Shown: piece by piece, positions 36,719-46,853 of the stretch
How the letters are laid out: every line of letters begins with the position of its first letter
How positions within the stretch are numbered: the first letter of the stretch is position 1
Assembly (NCBI GenBank): GCA_028819345.1
Contig: JAPPLW010000059.1
Location: 3,890 to 67,889, forward strand
Length of the DNA: 64,000 nt
Origin: a bacterium
GTDB taxonomy: Bacteria > Actinomycetota > Acidimicrobiia > Spongiisociales > ZC4RG35
Reading direction: 5' to 3'
The notes under the pieces: generated by a model
What the model saw: only the letters and a program-made list of their open reading frames with translations
Database searches by the model: none
Told to the model about the DNA's origin: nothing
Program-made: the position numbers and the translations under genes

Positions 36719-38716
36719 ATGGCGTTCGAGAACCTGCTGCGGCCGGCATACATCAACCGGATGTACATGCGCAACCGTCTGATCGTCGGACCGATGGAGA
36801 AGTCCCTGGCCAACCTGGACGGCAGTCTCAACCAGCGCTACATCGCCTATGCGCGTCGGCGGGCCATGGGCGGGGCGGCGCTGATCCAGCTCGAGTCGAC
36901 CTACGTCTCACCCGAGGGCCGGGGGAATCCCTACCAGGTGGGATGCCACGGGGACCATGTCATACCGGCCCTGGCGGAGATGGCCGACGAACTCCACCGC
37001 CACGGCGCCAAGCTGGCGATGGAACTGCACCACGGGGGACGCCAGGCATCGGTCACCGCCCATCATCGCCGTACGATCGCACCGTCTGCGATCGGCTCGA
37101 CATTCATGGACCCCGGGTCGGTCCCCCGGGAGATGACCCTGGCGGATATCCGGAGGGTGGTCGACGACTTCGGGCGGGCGGCCGAGCGTTGCCTCCTCGC
37201 CGGAGTCGACATGATCCACCTGCACGGCGCCCACGGGTATCTACTGGGGCAGTTCCTGTCTCCGCTGTCCAACCGCCGGACCGACCGCTACGGGGGGTCG
37301 CTGGAGAACCGGGCGCGCTTTGCGTTGGAGGTGCTCGAGGAGGTGCGCAGGGTGGTCGGCGACGATTACCCGATCGGGTACCGGATCTCGGCGGCCGAGT
37401 ACGTCGAAGGCGGGCTGCAGGCCGAGGAGTCGGCTCGGTTCTGTGTCATGCTGGCCGACGCCGGGATCGACCTGGTCGACGTGGCGGGCGGCACCTACGA
37501 GTCGATGTCGAAGATCTTCCAGGGCCCGGAAACGCCCAAAGGGGGTTTCGTGGCGGAGGCCGCCCTGATCCGTCAAGCGCTCGGTGACCGGGTCCCGGTG
37601 AGCGTGGCGCAGCGGATGAACGACCCGGTGTTCGCCGACCAGGTCATGGAGAGGGAGAGATTCGAGTACGTGACCCTGGCCCGCGCCTTTCACGCCGATC
37701 CCGACTATGTGCTGAAGCTCATGGAAGACCGCGCCAGGGACATAGTGCCGTGCATCAGCTGCAACACCTGTGTCAACCTGACGGTGGCCCGCACACCGGC
37801 GGGGTGCGCGGCCAATCCGGTGAGCGCTCACGAGCACTTGCGCACCACCCCCATGCGGAAGGCAGCGGCGCCCCTGCGGGTGATGGTGGTCGGAGGTGGG
37901 CCGGCAGGGATGCACGCCGCCCGCTTTCTGGGACAGGGGGGCCACGATGTGACCCTGTGCGAGGCGACCGGCAGGCTGGGCGGCCAGCTCCACTACCTCC
38001 GCCAAGCCCTGTCCGAGTACGGGACGCTGGTCGACTGGCTGGCGCTGGAGCTGGCCGGGGTGGGCGTGAGGGTGGAGTTGGGGCGCCCGGTCGGTGTCGA
38101 GGATGTGCGGGAGGCGGACCCTGATGCGGTGATTGTGGCCACCGGGGCGAGGGGCGGCTACCTGTGGGCCGAGGAGTCGGATCGGACAATTCCGCTGTTC
38201 GATGTCTTCTCGGCATTGGAACGCCCGCCCGAGGAGTGGGAGGGAGCGGTGGCGATACTCGGTGGGGACCATGCGGGGTGTGCCGTGGCCCTCCACCTTC
38301 GACGGTTGGGCGTGGAGGTCCACATCATCGAAAGCGGCGCATCCGTGGCGTCCGACGGAGGGTTCAACGGACTGCTGGTGGAGATGGAACTCGACGCCGA
38401 CCCGGGAGTGCATATCCACCGGGAGACCATCGCCGAACTAATCGCCGGCGACCGAGTGGCCCTCCAAGGGCTCGGGAACCATAGTTGGCTGAAGTTGGGT
38501 GCGGTCGTCGTGGGAGGGAGGGCGCCCAACAACCGGCTGGCAGATGAACTGTCACGCGCCGATCTCCAGGCCGCCATCCTCCCGATCGGCGACGCCGTGG
38601 GCGTCCGGGACCTGTACGCGGCCGGCCAGGAGGCCGCCGAGGCGGCAGAGAAGGTGAGTCTGATGTCCCTTTCGAACTTCAGTCGGTTCTCAAACGGAAC
38701 GGGCTTGAGCAGCTAG
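36719..38716 (+). CDS. NADH:flavin oxidoreductase (Old Yellow Enzyme family) fused to an FAD/NAD(P)-binding domain (2,4-dienoyl-CoA reductase-like)
   Basis: OYE TIM-barrel N-terminal half (HGAHGYLLGQFLSPLSNRRTDRYGGS). C-terminal half has a GGGPAG dinucleotide-binding motif and Cys cluster CISCNTC. Confidence 0.8.
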   Translation: MAFENLLRPAYINRMYMRNRLIVGPMEKSLANLDGSLNQRYIAYARRRAMGGAALIQLESTYVSPEGRGNPYQVGCHGDHVIPALAEMADELHRHGAKLAMELHHGGRQASVTAHHRRTIAPSAIGSTFMDPGSVPREMTLADIRRVVDDFGRAAERCLLAGVDMIHLHGAHGYLLGQFLSPLSNRRTDRYGGSLENRARFALEVLEEVRRVVGDDYPIGYRISAAEYVEGGLQAEESARFCVMLADAGIDLVDVAGGTYESMSKIFQGPETPKGGFVAEAALIRQALGDRVPVSVAQRMNDPVFADQVMERERFEYVTLARAFHADPDYVLKLMEDRARDIVPCISCNTCVNLTVARTPAGCAANPVSAHEHLRTTPMRKAAAPLRVMVVGGGPAGMHAARFLGQGGHDVTLCEATGRLGGQLHYLRQALSEYGTLVDWLALELAGVGVRVELGRPVGVEDVREADPDAVIVATGARGGYLWAEESDRTIPLFDVFSALERPPEEWEGAVAILGGDHAGCAVALHLRRLGVEVHIIESGASVASDGGFNGLLVEMELDADPGVHIHRETIAELIAGDRVALQGLGNHSWLKLGAVVVGGRAPNNRLADELSRADLQAAILPIGDAVGVRDLYAAGQEAAEAAEKVSLMSLSNFSRFSNGTGLSS

Positions 38717-40324
38717 GAGCTTGCGGTTGAGCTTGCCGGTTGAGGTCTTGGGGAGGCGGTCGACGTATTCGACAATCCTGGGGTATTTGTAGGCGGCCAA
38801 CTGAGTCTTGACCTGCGCCTGCAGTTCTGCCGTCAACTCGTCGCCCTCCCGGTAGCCCTCGGCCAGCACCACCATGGCCTTGACCACATTGCCCCTGATC
38901 TCATCGGGAGCGGGGATGACGGCCACTTCCGCCACGGCCGGATGGCGGACCAGGGACTCCTCGACCTCGGCGGGACCGATCCGGTAACCTGCGCTGGCGA
39001 TCATGTCGTCGTCGCGGCCGAGGAAGCGGATATTGCCGTCGGCGTCAAGGGTGGCCTGGTCGCCGGTCATGATCCAGCCGTTACGGCGCATACCGGCGGT
39101 CGCCACAGGGTTGCCCCAGTACTCGAGCATCTGGGTGGGATCGCCGGGGCGCACCGCGATCTCGCCGATCTCGCCGGGGCGAATCTCCTCTCCCCTGTCG
39201 TCGAGCAGGGCGACTTCCCGGCCCGGGTAGGGCAGTCCCATCCACCCGGGCCGGCCGGGCCACAGCGCCTCGCATCCACCCACCAGGTGGTTGACCTCGG
39301 TGAGACCGTAGAACTCGTTGATGACCGCTCCCAGGTCCCGCTCGCTCCAGCGGTGCAACTCGTCTGCCACCGACTCTCCGCCGCTGGCTATGACCCGGAG
39401 GTCGAGATCGAATCGGGGGCCGGGGTCGGTCACCTGGGCCATCACCTTCAGGGCCGTGGGCGTCAGGAAGGCGTGGGTGACGCCGTTCCGACCGATCACC
39501 TCGAAGGCGCGTTCGGCCGAGAAGCGCTCCTCGTCGGCCACCACCGGGCGGCCGAAGACCAGGGCGGGAAGCAGTATGTCGAGGAGACCCCCCACCCATG
39601 CCCAGTCGGACGGCGTGTAGAACACGGTGGAGTGGTCGAACTCCACGTTGAAGAAGAGTTTGAAGGTGAGAAGGTACCCCTCGAGGATGCGGTGGGCATG
39701 GAGGGCGCCCTTGGGGTGGCCGGTGCTGCCTGATGTGTACAACAACAGTGCCGGATCCTCAGATGCCGTGTCAACCGGGTCGAAGTCGGCCGGGTAACCA
39801 TCCGCCTCCGCCAACGACCTCTCCCCTTCCCCGGGCTGTCCCGAGATGACCACCGTGCCCAGATCGGGCAGGTCGTTGCGGACCGACCGGATGGGGTCGG
39901 CGTAGGCCTCGCCTACCACGATGACGCTGGTCGCCGAGTCGGACAGGATGTGGCGGTAGGAATCGGGACCGTACAGGATCGACATGGGGAGGGCGACCGC
40001 GCCGACGGAGTAAACCGCCAGGTGGAGGGCCGCCAACTCGGCGCCCTGCTGCATCACCAGCGAGACACGGTCCCCGGGCTGGACTCCCAACGCCACCAGG
40101 AAGTTGGCATAACGCTTGGCCAGCCTGATCAGGCGCCAATAGGACCAAGTGTCCCGGCGCCCATCGGCATGCTCAACAAAGACGGCCACCCGGCCCCGAT
40201 CATCGCTCCAGCGGTCGAAGACCTCCGAGGCCATGTTCATCCGTTCGGGGATGTCCCACTCGAACTCTTCCACCAGTCTCCGGTAGCTGCCATAGCCCAA
40301 TAGATCTTGATCCGCTAATCGCAT
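38690..40324 (-). CDS. AMP-dependent synthetase/ligase (acyl-CoA synthetase family)
   Basis: LLYTSGSTGHPKG AMP-binding motif. 544 aa. Its 3' end overlaps the convergent OYE gene by 27 nt. Confidence 0.85.
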   Translation of the reverse strand: MRLADQDLLGYGSYRRLVEEFEWDIPERMNMASEVFDRWSDDRGRVAVFVEHADGRRDTWSYWRLIRLAKRYANFLVALGVQPGDRVSLVMQQGAELAALHLAVYSVGAVALPMSILYGPDSYRHILSDSATSVIVVGEAYADPIRSVRNDLPDLGTVVISGQPGEGERSLAEADGYPADFDPVDTASEDPALLLYTSGSTGHPKGALHAHRILEGYLLTFKLFFNVEFDHSTVFYTPSDWAWVGGLLDILLPALVFGRPVVADEERFSAERAFEVIGRNGVTHAFLTPTALKVMAQVTDPGPRFDLDLRVIASGGESVADELHRWSERDLGAVINEFYGLTEVNHLVGGCEALWPGRPGWMGLPYPGREVALLDDRGEEIRPGEIGEIAVRPGDPTQMLEYWGNPVATAGMRRNGWIMTGDQATLDADGNIRFLGRDDDMIASAGYRIGPAEVEESLVRHPAVAEVAVIPAPDEIRGNVVKAMVVLAEGYREGDELTAELQAQVKTQLAAYKYPRIVEYVDRLPKTSTGKLNRKLLAAQARSV

Positions 40325-40739
40325 GGGAGCGATTTTAGAGAGTTGGCAGACCGCATTCGCCAGGTCAGAAATCGCGAAATCCGACCTCTATATCGCGAAA
40401 ATCGCCCATCAACTCCTACCCGATGGGCCCATCCCCCGCCTCCACCACCAGCCCGTTGGGACGCGCCTGGGCTGTGTTGCCCGATGGCGCGATCCCGAAG
40501 GAATATGACCTCCAAATGCACAGACTTCGATGCACGGCCCGAGCGACGTCGGATCGGACCGGGAGGTGTTCGACTCCTCCAATGTGCAGGGGCCCTGTGA
40601 CATGTCCAGCTGCGCGGCGAGTGGATTGACCGCCGGAGTTGCGAAAAAAGCCATCAGGTCGCACCCGCAAACCGGCAAGGTTCCTCTTCCGGCTGAGTTA
40701 CCATCGACTGCAAGGGAACCAACAGAGGGGAGACTCGGC

Positions 40740-40988
40740 ATGCCAACCAACCAACTTGCCTATGAACTGTGGGACCTCCTGCGGCACACTCCTTCGCATG
40801 TAGAGGTTTCATGTGAGTGGGTTACAGAGGAGCTTCGGTGTTCGAGAGAAGAACTGAGGGAAGCCGCCAGAGTGGTACTGGAAGCCATGGATTACGCACA
40901 GAAAGAAGCCGCCAACCGTCAACAGCCACCCGTCTCACGTCTTCCTGAGCCGTCCAAAGAGATGAGGGACCTGTTTGCCTTCGCCTGA
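40740..40988 (+). CDS. Hypothetical small protein (82 aa)
   Basis: ATG preceded by GAGGGGA, in a lower-GC intergenic island. No recognisable family. Confidence 0.3.
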   Translation: MPTNQLAYELWDLLRHTPSHVEVSCEWVTEELRCSREELREAARVVLEAMDYAQKEAANRQQPPVSRLPEPSKEMRDLFAFA

Positions 40989-41272
40989 GGTCATCTGGAT
41001 AGGTTTGATAACCGGCGCCACCGCCTCTGTAATTGCCTTGGTAGGGATCGGGATCAGGCTGTGGGTTGGGAGGAGACTCAGGCAGGCCACAACTCTTGCT
41101 GCCATAGCCGAGGGGCACAGAGATCACCGAAGATGCTCTGGCGGCACATGAACGTACTCGGCAACACAACAAACATCTGGAGGAGGAGAATCGGTTAATG
41201 CGCCGACGCATTCGGCAGATCAGAGGGGACCAGTTCCCCTTTTAGCCGCCAACTCACTTAGAAAGAGCGGAC

Positions 41273-42193
41273 TCAGCGCGTCGCTCTAGGTGTCGACTCA
41301 CCGCCCGGTGGCGGGGAGACGCAACGGAACCCGATGTGGCTGGTGGAGGTGTCGATGGCCTGGGACTGGCGGGCGGCGGGCCGGTAGCGGAAGCAGTACT
41401 GGATGGCGCAGAGGTGCGATCCTCCCTTGATCACCTTGGTCGGGACCGAAGCGTCACCGGAGGCCTGCGGAGCGCAGCAGGGCGCCTGGGGCGAGTGGAC
41501 ACGATATGGATCCGCAGTCCACTCCCACACGTTGCCGGCCATGTCGTAGAGGCCGTACCCGTTGGGCGGGTAGGCGCCGACCGGACTGGTGTGGACCCAT
41601 CCATCCACCCTGGTGTTCTCGTAGGGGAACCGGCCCTGCCATGTGTTGGCGAGGGGCGCGGTCTCCTGCGGATCGTCATCACCCCAGGTGAACTCGGCGC
41701 CGTCCAGTCCTCCCCGGGCGGCGAACTCCCACTCGGCTTCGGTGGGCAACCCCATCCCGGCCCACGCCGCGTAGGCCGCCGCGTCCTGGTAGGCGACATG
41801 GACTACCGGATGGTCCCAGAGACCGTCCAGGGATGATCCCGGTCCGCGGGGATGGCGCCAATCGGCGCCGGGGGTCCAGGCCCACCAGCGCCAGAACTCC
41901 CCCAGGTTCACCGGACCGGGGGTCATCCGGAAGACGAGAGACCCCGGGACCAGGTCCTCAGGTCGGGCCTCCGGGTAGACCGCCGGGTCGGGAGACCGCT
42001 CGGCCAGGGTGACGTGACCGGTGGCCTCCACGAACCGGCGGAACTGACGGTTGGTGACCGGGTGAATGTCGATTCCGAACGGATCGACCCTGGCGGACCG
42101 AACCGGGCCCTCCTCGGGGTAGTGGTGATCCGACCCCATCGAGAACTCACCGCCAGGGAGCCACACCTGCCGATGATCGAGCGTAGTTATCAT
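41273..42193 (-). CDS. Formylglycine-generating enzyme (SUMF1/FGE family)
   Basis: The C-terminal KGGSHLCAIQYCFRYRPAARQ...GFRC segment matches the FGE catalytic region, including both Cys residues. WEWT motif present. Confidence 0.85.
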   Translation of the reverse strand: MITTLDHRQVWLPGGEFSMGSDHHYPEEGPVRSARVDPFGIDIHPVTNRQFRRFVEATGHVTLAERSPDPAVYPEARPEDLVPGSLVFRMTPGPVNLGEFWRWWAWTPGADWRHPRGPGSSLDGLWDHPVVHVAYQDAAAYAAWAGMGLPTEAEWEFAARGGLDGAEFTWGDDDPQETAPLANTWQGRFPYENTRVDGWVHTSPVGAYPPNGYGLYDMAGNVWEWTADPYRVHSPQAPCCAPQASGDASVPTKVIKGGSHLCAIQYCFRYRPAARQSQAIDTSTSHIGFRCVSPPPGGESTPRATR

Positions 42194-42261
42194 CCAACAG
42201 GCAAATTACAGGCGGCTGCCAGAGCCACCGCGCCGTCCCAGTCGCGAGAGGTAGGATCGAG

Positions 42262-43134
42262 ATGAGCAAGATCGGTTTCATCGGCGTGGGGGTGATGGGC
42301 ATGCCCATGGCCCTCAACCTGATCGAGGGGGGCCACCGGGTCAAGGCATTCGACATCGCGCCCGGCGCCCTGAAAGCCATCGGCCGCACAGACGCAGAGA
42401 CGGCAACCTCACCGAGGGACGCCGCCGAAGGCGCCGACTTCGTGATCACCATGCTCCCCACCGGCAGAGTCGTGGCGTACGCGGTGTTCGGCCCGGATGG
42501 CGCGGCGGAGTCCCTGGGGGACGACTCCCTCCTGATCGACATGAGCACCGGCCTGCCCAGCCACTTCGATGCACTGGCGGGCCGGTTGAGGTCCCGGGGG
42601 AAGAGGGCGATCGACGCGCCGGTGGGACGGACCTCCAAGGAGGCCGAGGCGGGCACCCTCCTGATCATGGTGGGAGGAGAGACCGAAGACGTGGAGCGGG
42701 CCCGCCCGGTACTGGAATGCATGGGCGACACGATCATCCACTGCGGCCGGACGGGATCGGGAATACGCACCAAGCTGGTGAACAACTACCTCTCGATCGT
42801 CTCCAACGTGGTGGTTGCGGAGGCGTTGGCCCTGGCGGAAGGGGCCGGTCTCGACCGTGACACGGCCATCGAAGTGCTGATGGGCACCACCGCCGGCCGG
42901 GGGCATTTGGGCACCACCTACCCGGTGCAGGTACTTTCCGGCAACCTCGATCCCGGCTTCATGGTGGACCTGGCCCGAAAGGACCTGGGCCTTGCCCTGG
43001 AGATGGGCGCCGACAACGACTCGCCCACCGTGATGGGCGCCGCCGCGCTACCGGTCTACGATGCCGCCCAACTCCACGGTCTGGGCCGCCGGGACTGGAC
43101 CGCCATCTACAACCTGGTGACCGGTAGAGGCTGA
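42262..43134 (+). CDS. NAD-dependent 3-hydroxyisobutyrate dehydrogenase family reductase (second paralogue)
   Basis: MSKIGFIGVGVMG N-terminus and HIBADH-family sequence throughout. Confidence 0.8.
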   Translation: MSKIGFIGVGVMGMPMALNLIEGGHRVKAFDIAPGALKAIGRTDAETATSPRDAAEGADFVITMLPTGRVVAYAVFGPDGAAESLGDDSLLIDMSTGLPSHFDALAGRLRSRGKRAIDAPVGRTSKEAEAGTLLIMVGGETEDVERARPVLECMGDTIIHCGRTGSGIRTKLVNNYLSIVSNVVVAEALALAEGAGLDRDTAIEVLMGTTAGRGHLGTTYPVQVLSGNLDPGFMVDLARKDLGLALEMGADNDSPTVMGAAALPVYDAAQLHGLGRRDWTAIYNLVTGRG

Positions 43135-43143
43135 ACCGGTCCT

Positions 43144-45561
43144 CTAGGCGCTGACCCTCACCCCGGGGACCGAGCCCAGGGAAGCCGTGTCGGGCTGGTT
43201 GAAGGGAACGTAAACCACGCCCGGTTCCAGGGTGGGATCGATCACCACGCCGGCTTGCAGGGATCCCGATGAGGATGTCACATCGACCGAGTCTCCCTCT
43301 CCCACGCCGAGGCGAGCGGCGTCGGTGGGGTGCAGGTGAGCGCCGGAACCCGGCGCCAGGGGCCTCAGGGAGGGGCTCTCTCTCATCATCACCCCGTCGT
43401 CGTACATGGTGCGGGCATAGTGGAGGGCCATCTCGCCGGGTCGGGGTGAGACCGAGGCCACGTGCGAGAACACCGGCACATAGCCGAGGTCGCCGCTTAC
43501 GACTATTCCGTCGCGGTCCTCCCAGTCCAGCCGCTCCCAGTTCACACCCCGGTAGATGTCGGCCAGTTCCTCCACTTCCTCGCTGATCTGCTGGGCGGAG
43601 ACCAAGCCCAGGTCCGCGCCCAGGCGGGCAGCCAGGTCCGAGAGGATCGCCCAGTCGGGCCGGCTCTGACCCGGTCCCGGAGTCAGGCGATTCACCTTGA
43701 GCACCCGGCCCTCGATGTTCGTGACCGTTCCCTCCACCTCCGAAAACCCCATGGCGGGGAACACCACGTCCGCCATGCGCGAGCTGTCGGTGAGGAACTG
43801 GTCGATCGCCACCACCAGGCCGGCGTTGGCGAGGGCGCGCCGGGCCAACTCCCCGTCGGGGACGTCGCGCACCGGGTCGGCGCCCACCAGCACCAGCGCT
43901 TCGATGTCTCCGGACTCGAGCCCCTCCAGGATCCCCCGGCAGTCGCGGCCGGAGGCAGCGGGCAGCTCACCCCACCGGTCGGCCAGCATCTGGGCGGCCA
44001 GGGTGCCCCGTTGAGCCCTCCCGGGCAGGAGGGCCGGGCTCAGGCCCATGTCCAGGGCGCCGAAGACGTTGCCCCGCCGCGCCAGGGGCAGGATGGTGGC
44101 GTCGGGAAGGGAGCGGACGAATGCTGCGGTGGCCTCGGCCAGATCGGGGCTCTCCCCATACCCGGGCCTGCCCAGGAGCGCCACCACCGGTCCCTTGGAC
44201 AGGACCTCTCTCGCTTCGGCCATCCTTCCGTTGCCGTCCATCAACTCCGAGAGCACTTCCCCGCCGCTGCCCGGCTGGTAGGTGACCTTCACCGAGGCCC
44301 GGTCGTCCAACCCCGTGCCCCGGGGATGGACCACCACCAGGCCCGCTCCCAGTTCCTGCGCCGCCCGACGCACCCGGAGGTACAGGGTGGGGTGCTCCTC
44401 CTTCAGATCGGGCCCCCAGACCAGGATCGAACCGGCGTTTTCCAGATCGGCGATGCGGGCCCGGTCCACCACGCCCGACAGCAATCGGGGATCGAGGCCG
44501 TCGTCCATCTGGCAGTCCACGCTGTTGGTGCCCACCGCCGACCGGAGGAACTTGGAGAAGGCGTAGGCGTCCTCGTTGGTCCCCCGCGCACCCCCCAGTC
44601 CCGCCACGGCTCGCCCGCCCGAACGAGAAATGACCTCCCCCAGGGCCTTACCGGCGTAATCGAGGGCCTCACCCCAGGAGACCTCCCGTAACTCGCCTTC
44701 CTCGTCGCGCACCAAGGGGGAGGTGAGGCGGGCCGGAGAGGCCACGTACTCGAACCCGAAGCGGCACTTGTCGGAGAGCCATCCCTGGTTGGTGGGCTCC
44801 GAGTCCACCCCCAGGATGCGCAGGAGCCGGTTCTGGCTCGACTGCAGGTTGATCCGGTCTCCGCTGGAACAGTGCTGGCAGGTTGACTCGACGAAGGTGA
44901 GGTCCCACGGCCGGGCGCGGAACCGGTAGGGAGTGGCGGTTAGCGCTCCCACCGGACAGATCTGGACCGTGTTGCCCGAGAAGTAGGAACGGAAGGGTTC
45001 GTCGGGGAAAGTGTTGACCTCGGTGTAGTTGCCCCTCTCCTGGAACTCGATGAGCGGATCGCCGGAGATCTCCTCGGAGAACCGGGTGCAGCGGGCGCAG
45101 AGAATGCAACGTTCCCGGTCCAGCATCACCAACTCGGAGATGGGGATGGGCTTTTCGAAGTGGCGCTTTTCCTCAACGAACCGGCTCTCCCCGGGGCCGT
45201 AGGCCATGGTCTGGTCCTGGAGGGGGCACTCGCCGGCGCGATCGCACACCGGACAGTCCAGGGGGTGGTTGATCAGCAGGAACTCCAACACCCCCTCCTG
45301 GGCCTTCTTCACCGTGGGGTTGGCGGTGTCCACCGTCATGCCGTCCGACACCGGGGTGGTGCAGGACGTGACCATCAGCGGGCCGCGGGGAGTCTCGATC
45401 TCCACCAGGCACATACGGCACATCCCCACCGGGTTCATACGGGGATGCCAGCAGAAGCGCGGGATGTACACCCCGTTGTCCTGGGCGGTCTTGATGAGGA
45501 GTTCCCCTGCTGGGGCGTTCACCTGGCGGCGGTTGATGGTTACTGTGACCGGCTCAGTCAA
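43144..45561 (-). CDS. nuoG: NADH-quinone oxidoreductase subunit G (75 kDa Fe-S subunit)
   Basis: N-terminal 2Fe-2S and 4Fe-4S Cys motifs (CRMC, HPLDCPVCDRAGECPLQ, CILCARCTRF, QICPVGALT) and the molybdopterin-like domain. About 805 aa, actinobacterial NuoG-like. Confidence 0.85.
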   Translation of the reverse strand: MTEPVTVTINRRQVNAPAGELLIKTAQDNGVYIPRFCWHPRMNPVGMCRMCLVEIETPRGPLMVTSCTTPVSDGMTVDTANPTVKKAQEGVLEFLLINHPLDCPVCDRAGECPLQDQTMAYGPGESRFVEEKRHFEKPIPISELVMLDRERCILCARCTRFSEEISGDPLIEFQERGNYTEVNTFPDEPFRSYFSGNTVQICPVGALTATPYRFRARPWDLTFVESTCQHCSSGDRINLQSSQNRLLRILGVDSEPTNQGWLSDKCRFGFEYVASPARLTSPLVRDEEGELREVSWGEALDYAGKALGEVISRSGGRAVAGLGGARGTNEDAYAFSKFLRSAVGTNSVDCQMDDGLDPRLLSGVVDRARIADLENAGSILVWGPDLKEEHPTLYLRVRRAAQELGAGLVVVHPRGTGLDDRASVKVTYQPGSGGEVLSELMDGNGRMAEAREVLSKGPVVALLGRPGYGESPDLAEATAAFVRSLPDATILPLARRGNVFGALDMGLSPALLPGRAQRGTLAAQMLADRWGELPAASGRDCRGILEGLESGDIEALVLVGADPVRDVPDGELARRALANAGLVVAIDQFLTDSSRMADVVFPAMGFSEVEGTVTNIEGRVLKVNRLTPGPGQSRPDWAILSDLAARLGADLGLVSAQQISEEVEELADIYRGVNWERLDWEDRDGIVVSGDLGYVPVFSHVASVSPRPGEMALHYARTMYDDGVMMRESPSLRPLAPGSGAHLHPTDAARLGVGEGDSVDVTSSSGSLQAGVVIDPTLEPGVVYVPFNQPDTASLGSVPGVRVSA

Positions 45562-46849
45562 AGGGACAGCCCCCCTGGTGGATGTGGGCCATCAGTTCAT
45601 CCTTGAAGTAGGAGGTGATGGCGAGAATCGGAGAGACGGCCGAGGGTCCCAGCGGGCAGATGGTGGTCATCCGGGGAGGCCAGGCCAGGCCGGGTGAGAT
45701 GTTGTCGGAGATGTCGAGCAGCATGTCCACGTCCACCTCCCGTCCCGCTCCCTCCTCTATGCGGCGCAGTATCCGCTCCAGCCAGGAACAGCCCTCGCGG
45801 CAGGGAGTGCACTGACCGCAGGACTCGTGGGCGAAGAAGCGCACCAGGCGCTCGGTGGCCCGCACGGTGCAGGTGGTCTCGTCCATGATCACCACCGCTC
45901 CCGAGCCCAGCATCGAACCCGCCTTGGCGGTGTCGTCGAGGGTCACCGGCAGGTCGAGATGATCGTCGGGGACGAACCACGGCGCCGAGGCGCCTCCGGG
46001 AATCCAGCACTTGAGCGCCCGGTCCCCGGGTATCCCTCCCGCCACCTCGTAGATCAACTCCCTCCAAGTGAGCCCCATGACCAACTCGTAGTTGCCGGGT
46101 CGGCGCACATGGCCGGAGATGGAGAACAGCCTGGTGCCCCGCGACCCGTCGGGCCCGATGGCGGCGAAGGCCTCCCCGCCGTTCTCGATGATCCAGGGGA
46201 CGTTGGCCAGGGTCTCCACGTTGTTGACGATGGTGGGCTGCATGTACAGGCCCTTGGCGGCCGGGTAGTAGGGGGGCTTCAGCCGGGGCTCGCCGCGCCG
46301 TCCCTCGAGGCTGTTCAAGAGGCCCGTCTCCTCCCCGCATATGTAGGCGCCCGCTCCCAGGTGAACGGTGACTTCCAGGTCGAACCCGCTACCCAGTATG
46401 TCGGAGCCCAGGTAACCGGCCGCGTAGGCGTCCTCGACCGCCTGCTGCACCCGCCGGGCCGAGCGGGGATACTCACCACGGATGTAGATGAAGGCATGGT
46501 TGGCGCCGTTGGCATACGAGGTGATGATCGTCCCCTCCAGCATCTGGTGGGGATCGCGTTCCATCAACTGGCGGTCCTTGAAAGTGCCCGGCTCGGACTC
46601 GTCCCCGTTCACCACCACGTACGCAGGTTTGCTGGGCGCCAGGAAACTCCACTTCAACCCGCAGGGGAAGCCCGCTCCTCCCCTGCCCCGCAGGTTGGCG
46701 GCCTTCACCTCCCCGGTCACCTCGTCGGGCGCCATCTCCAGGGCCTTGGCGAGCGCCTGATAGCCACCGGTCTCCAGGTATCGCTCCAGGGTGTGGCTGT
46801 CCGAGGGATGCCGGGTCATCCGGTCGGTGACGATGCTCGGAGCGCTCAC
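45554..46849 (-). CDS. nuoF: NADH-quinone oxidoreductase subunit F (51 kDa, FMN/NADH-binding)
   Basis: GRGGAGFPCGLKW FMN motif, C-terminal 4Fe-4S ESCGQCTPCREG. 8-nt overlap with nuoG. Start uncertain: GTG at 46849 or ATG at 46819. Confidence 0.85.
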   Translation of the reverse strand: MSAPSIVTDRMTRHPSDSHTLERYLETGGYQALAKALEMAPDEVTGEVKAANLRGRGGAGFPCGLKWSFLAPSKPAYVVVNGDESEPGTFKDRQLMERDPHQMLEGTIITSYANGANHAFIYIRGEYPRSARRVQQAVEDAYAAGYLGSDILGSGFDLEVTVHLGAGAYICGEETGLLNSLEGRRGEPRLKPPYYPAAKGLYMQPTIVNNVETLANVPWIIENGGEAFAAIGPDGSRGTRLFSISGHVRRPGNYELVMGLTWRELIYEVAGGIPGDRALKCWIPGGASAPWFVPDDHLDLPVTLDDTAKAGSMLGSGAVVIMDETTCTVRATERLVRFFAHESCGQCTPCREGCSWLERILRRIEEGAGREVDVDMLLDISDNISPGLAWPPRMTTICPLGPSAVSPILAITSYFKDELMAHIHQGGCPFD

Positions 46850-46853
46850 AAAC

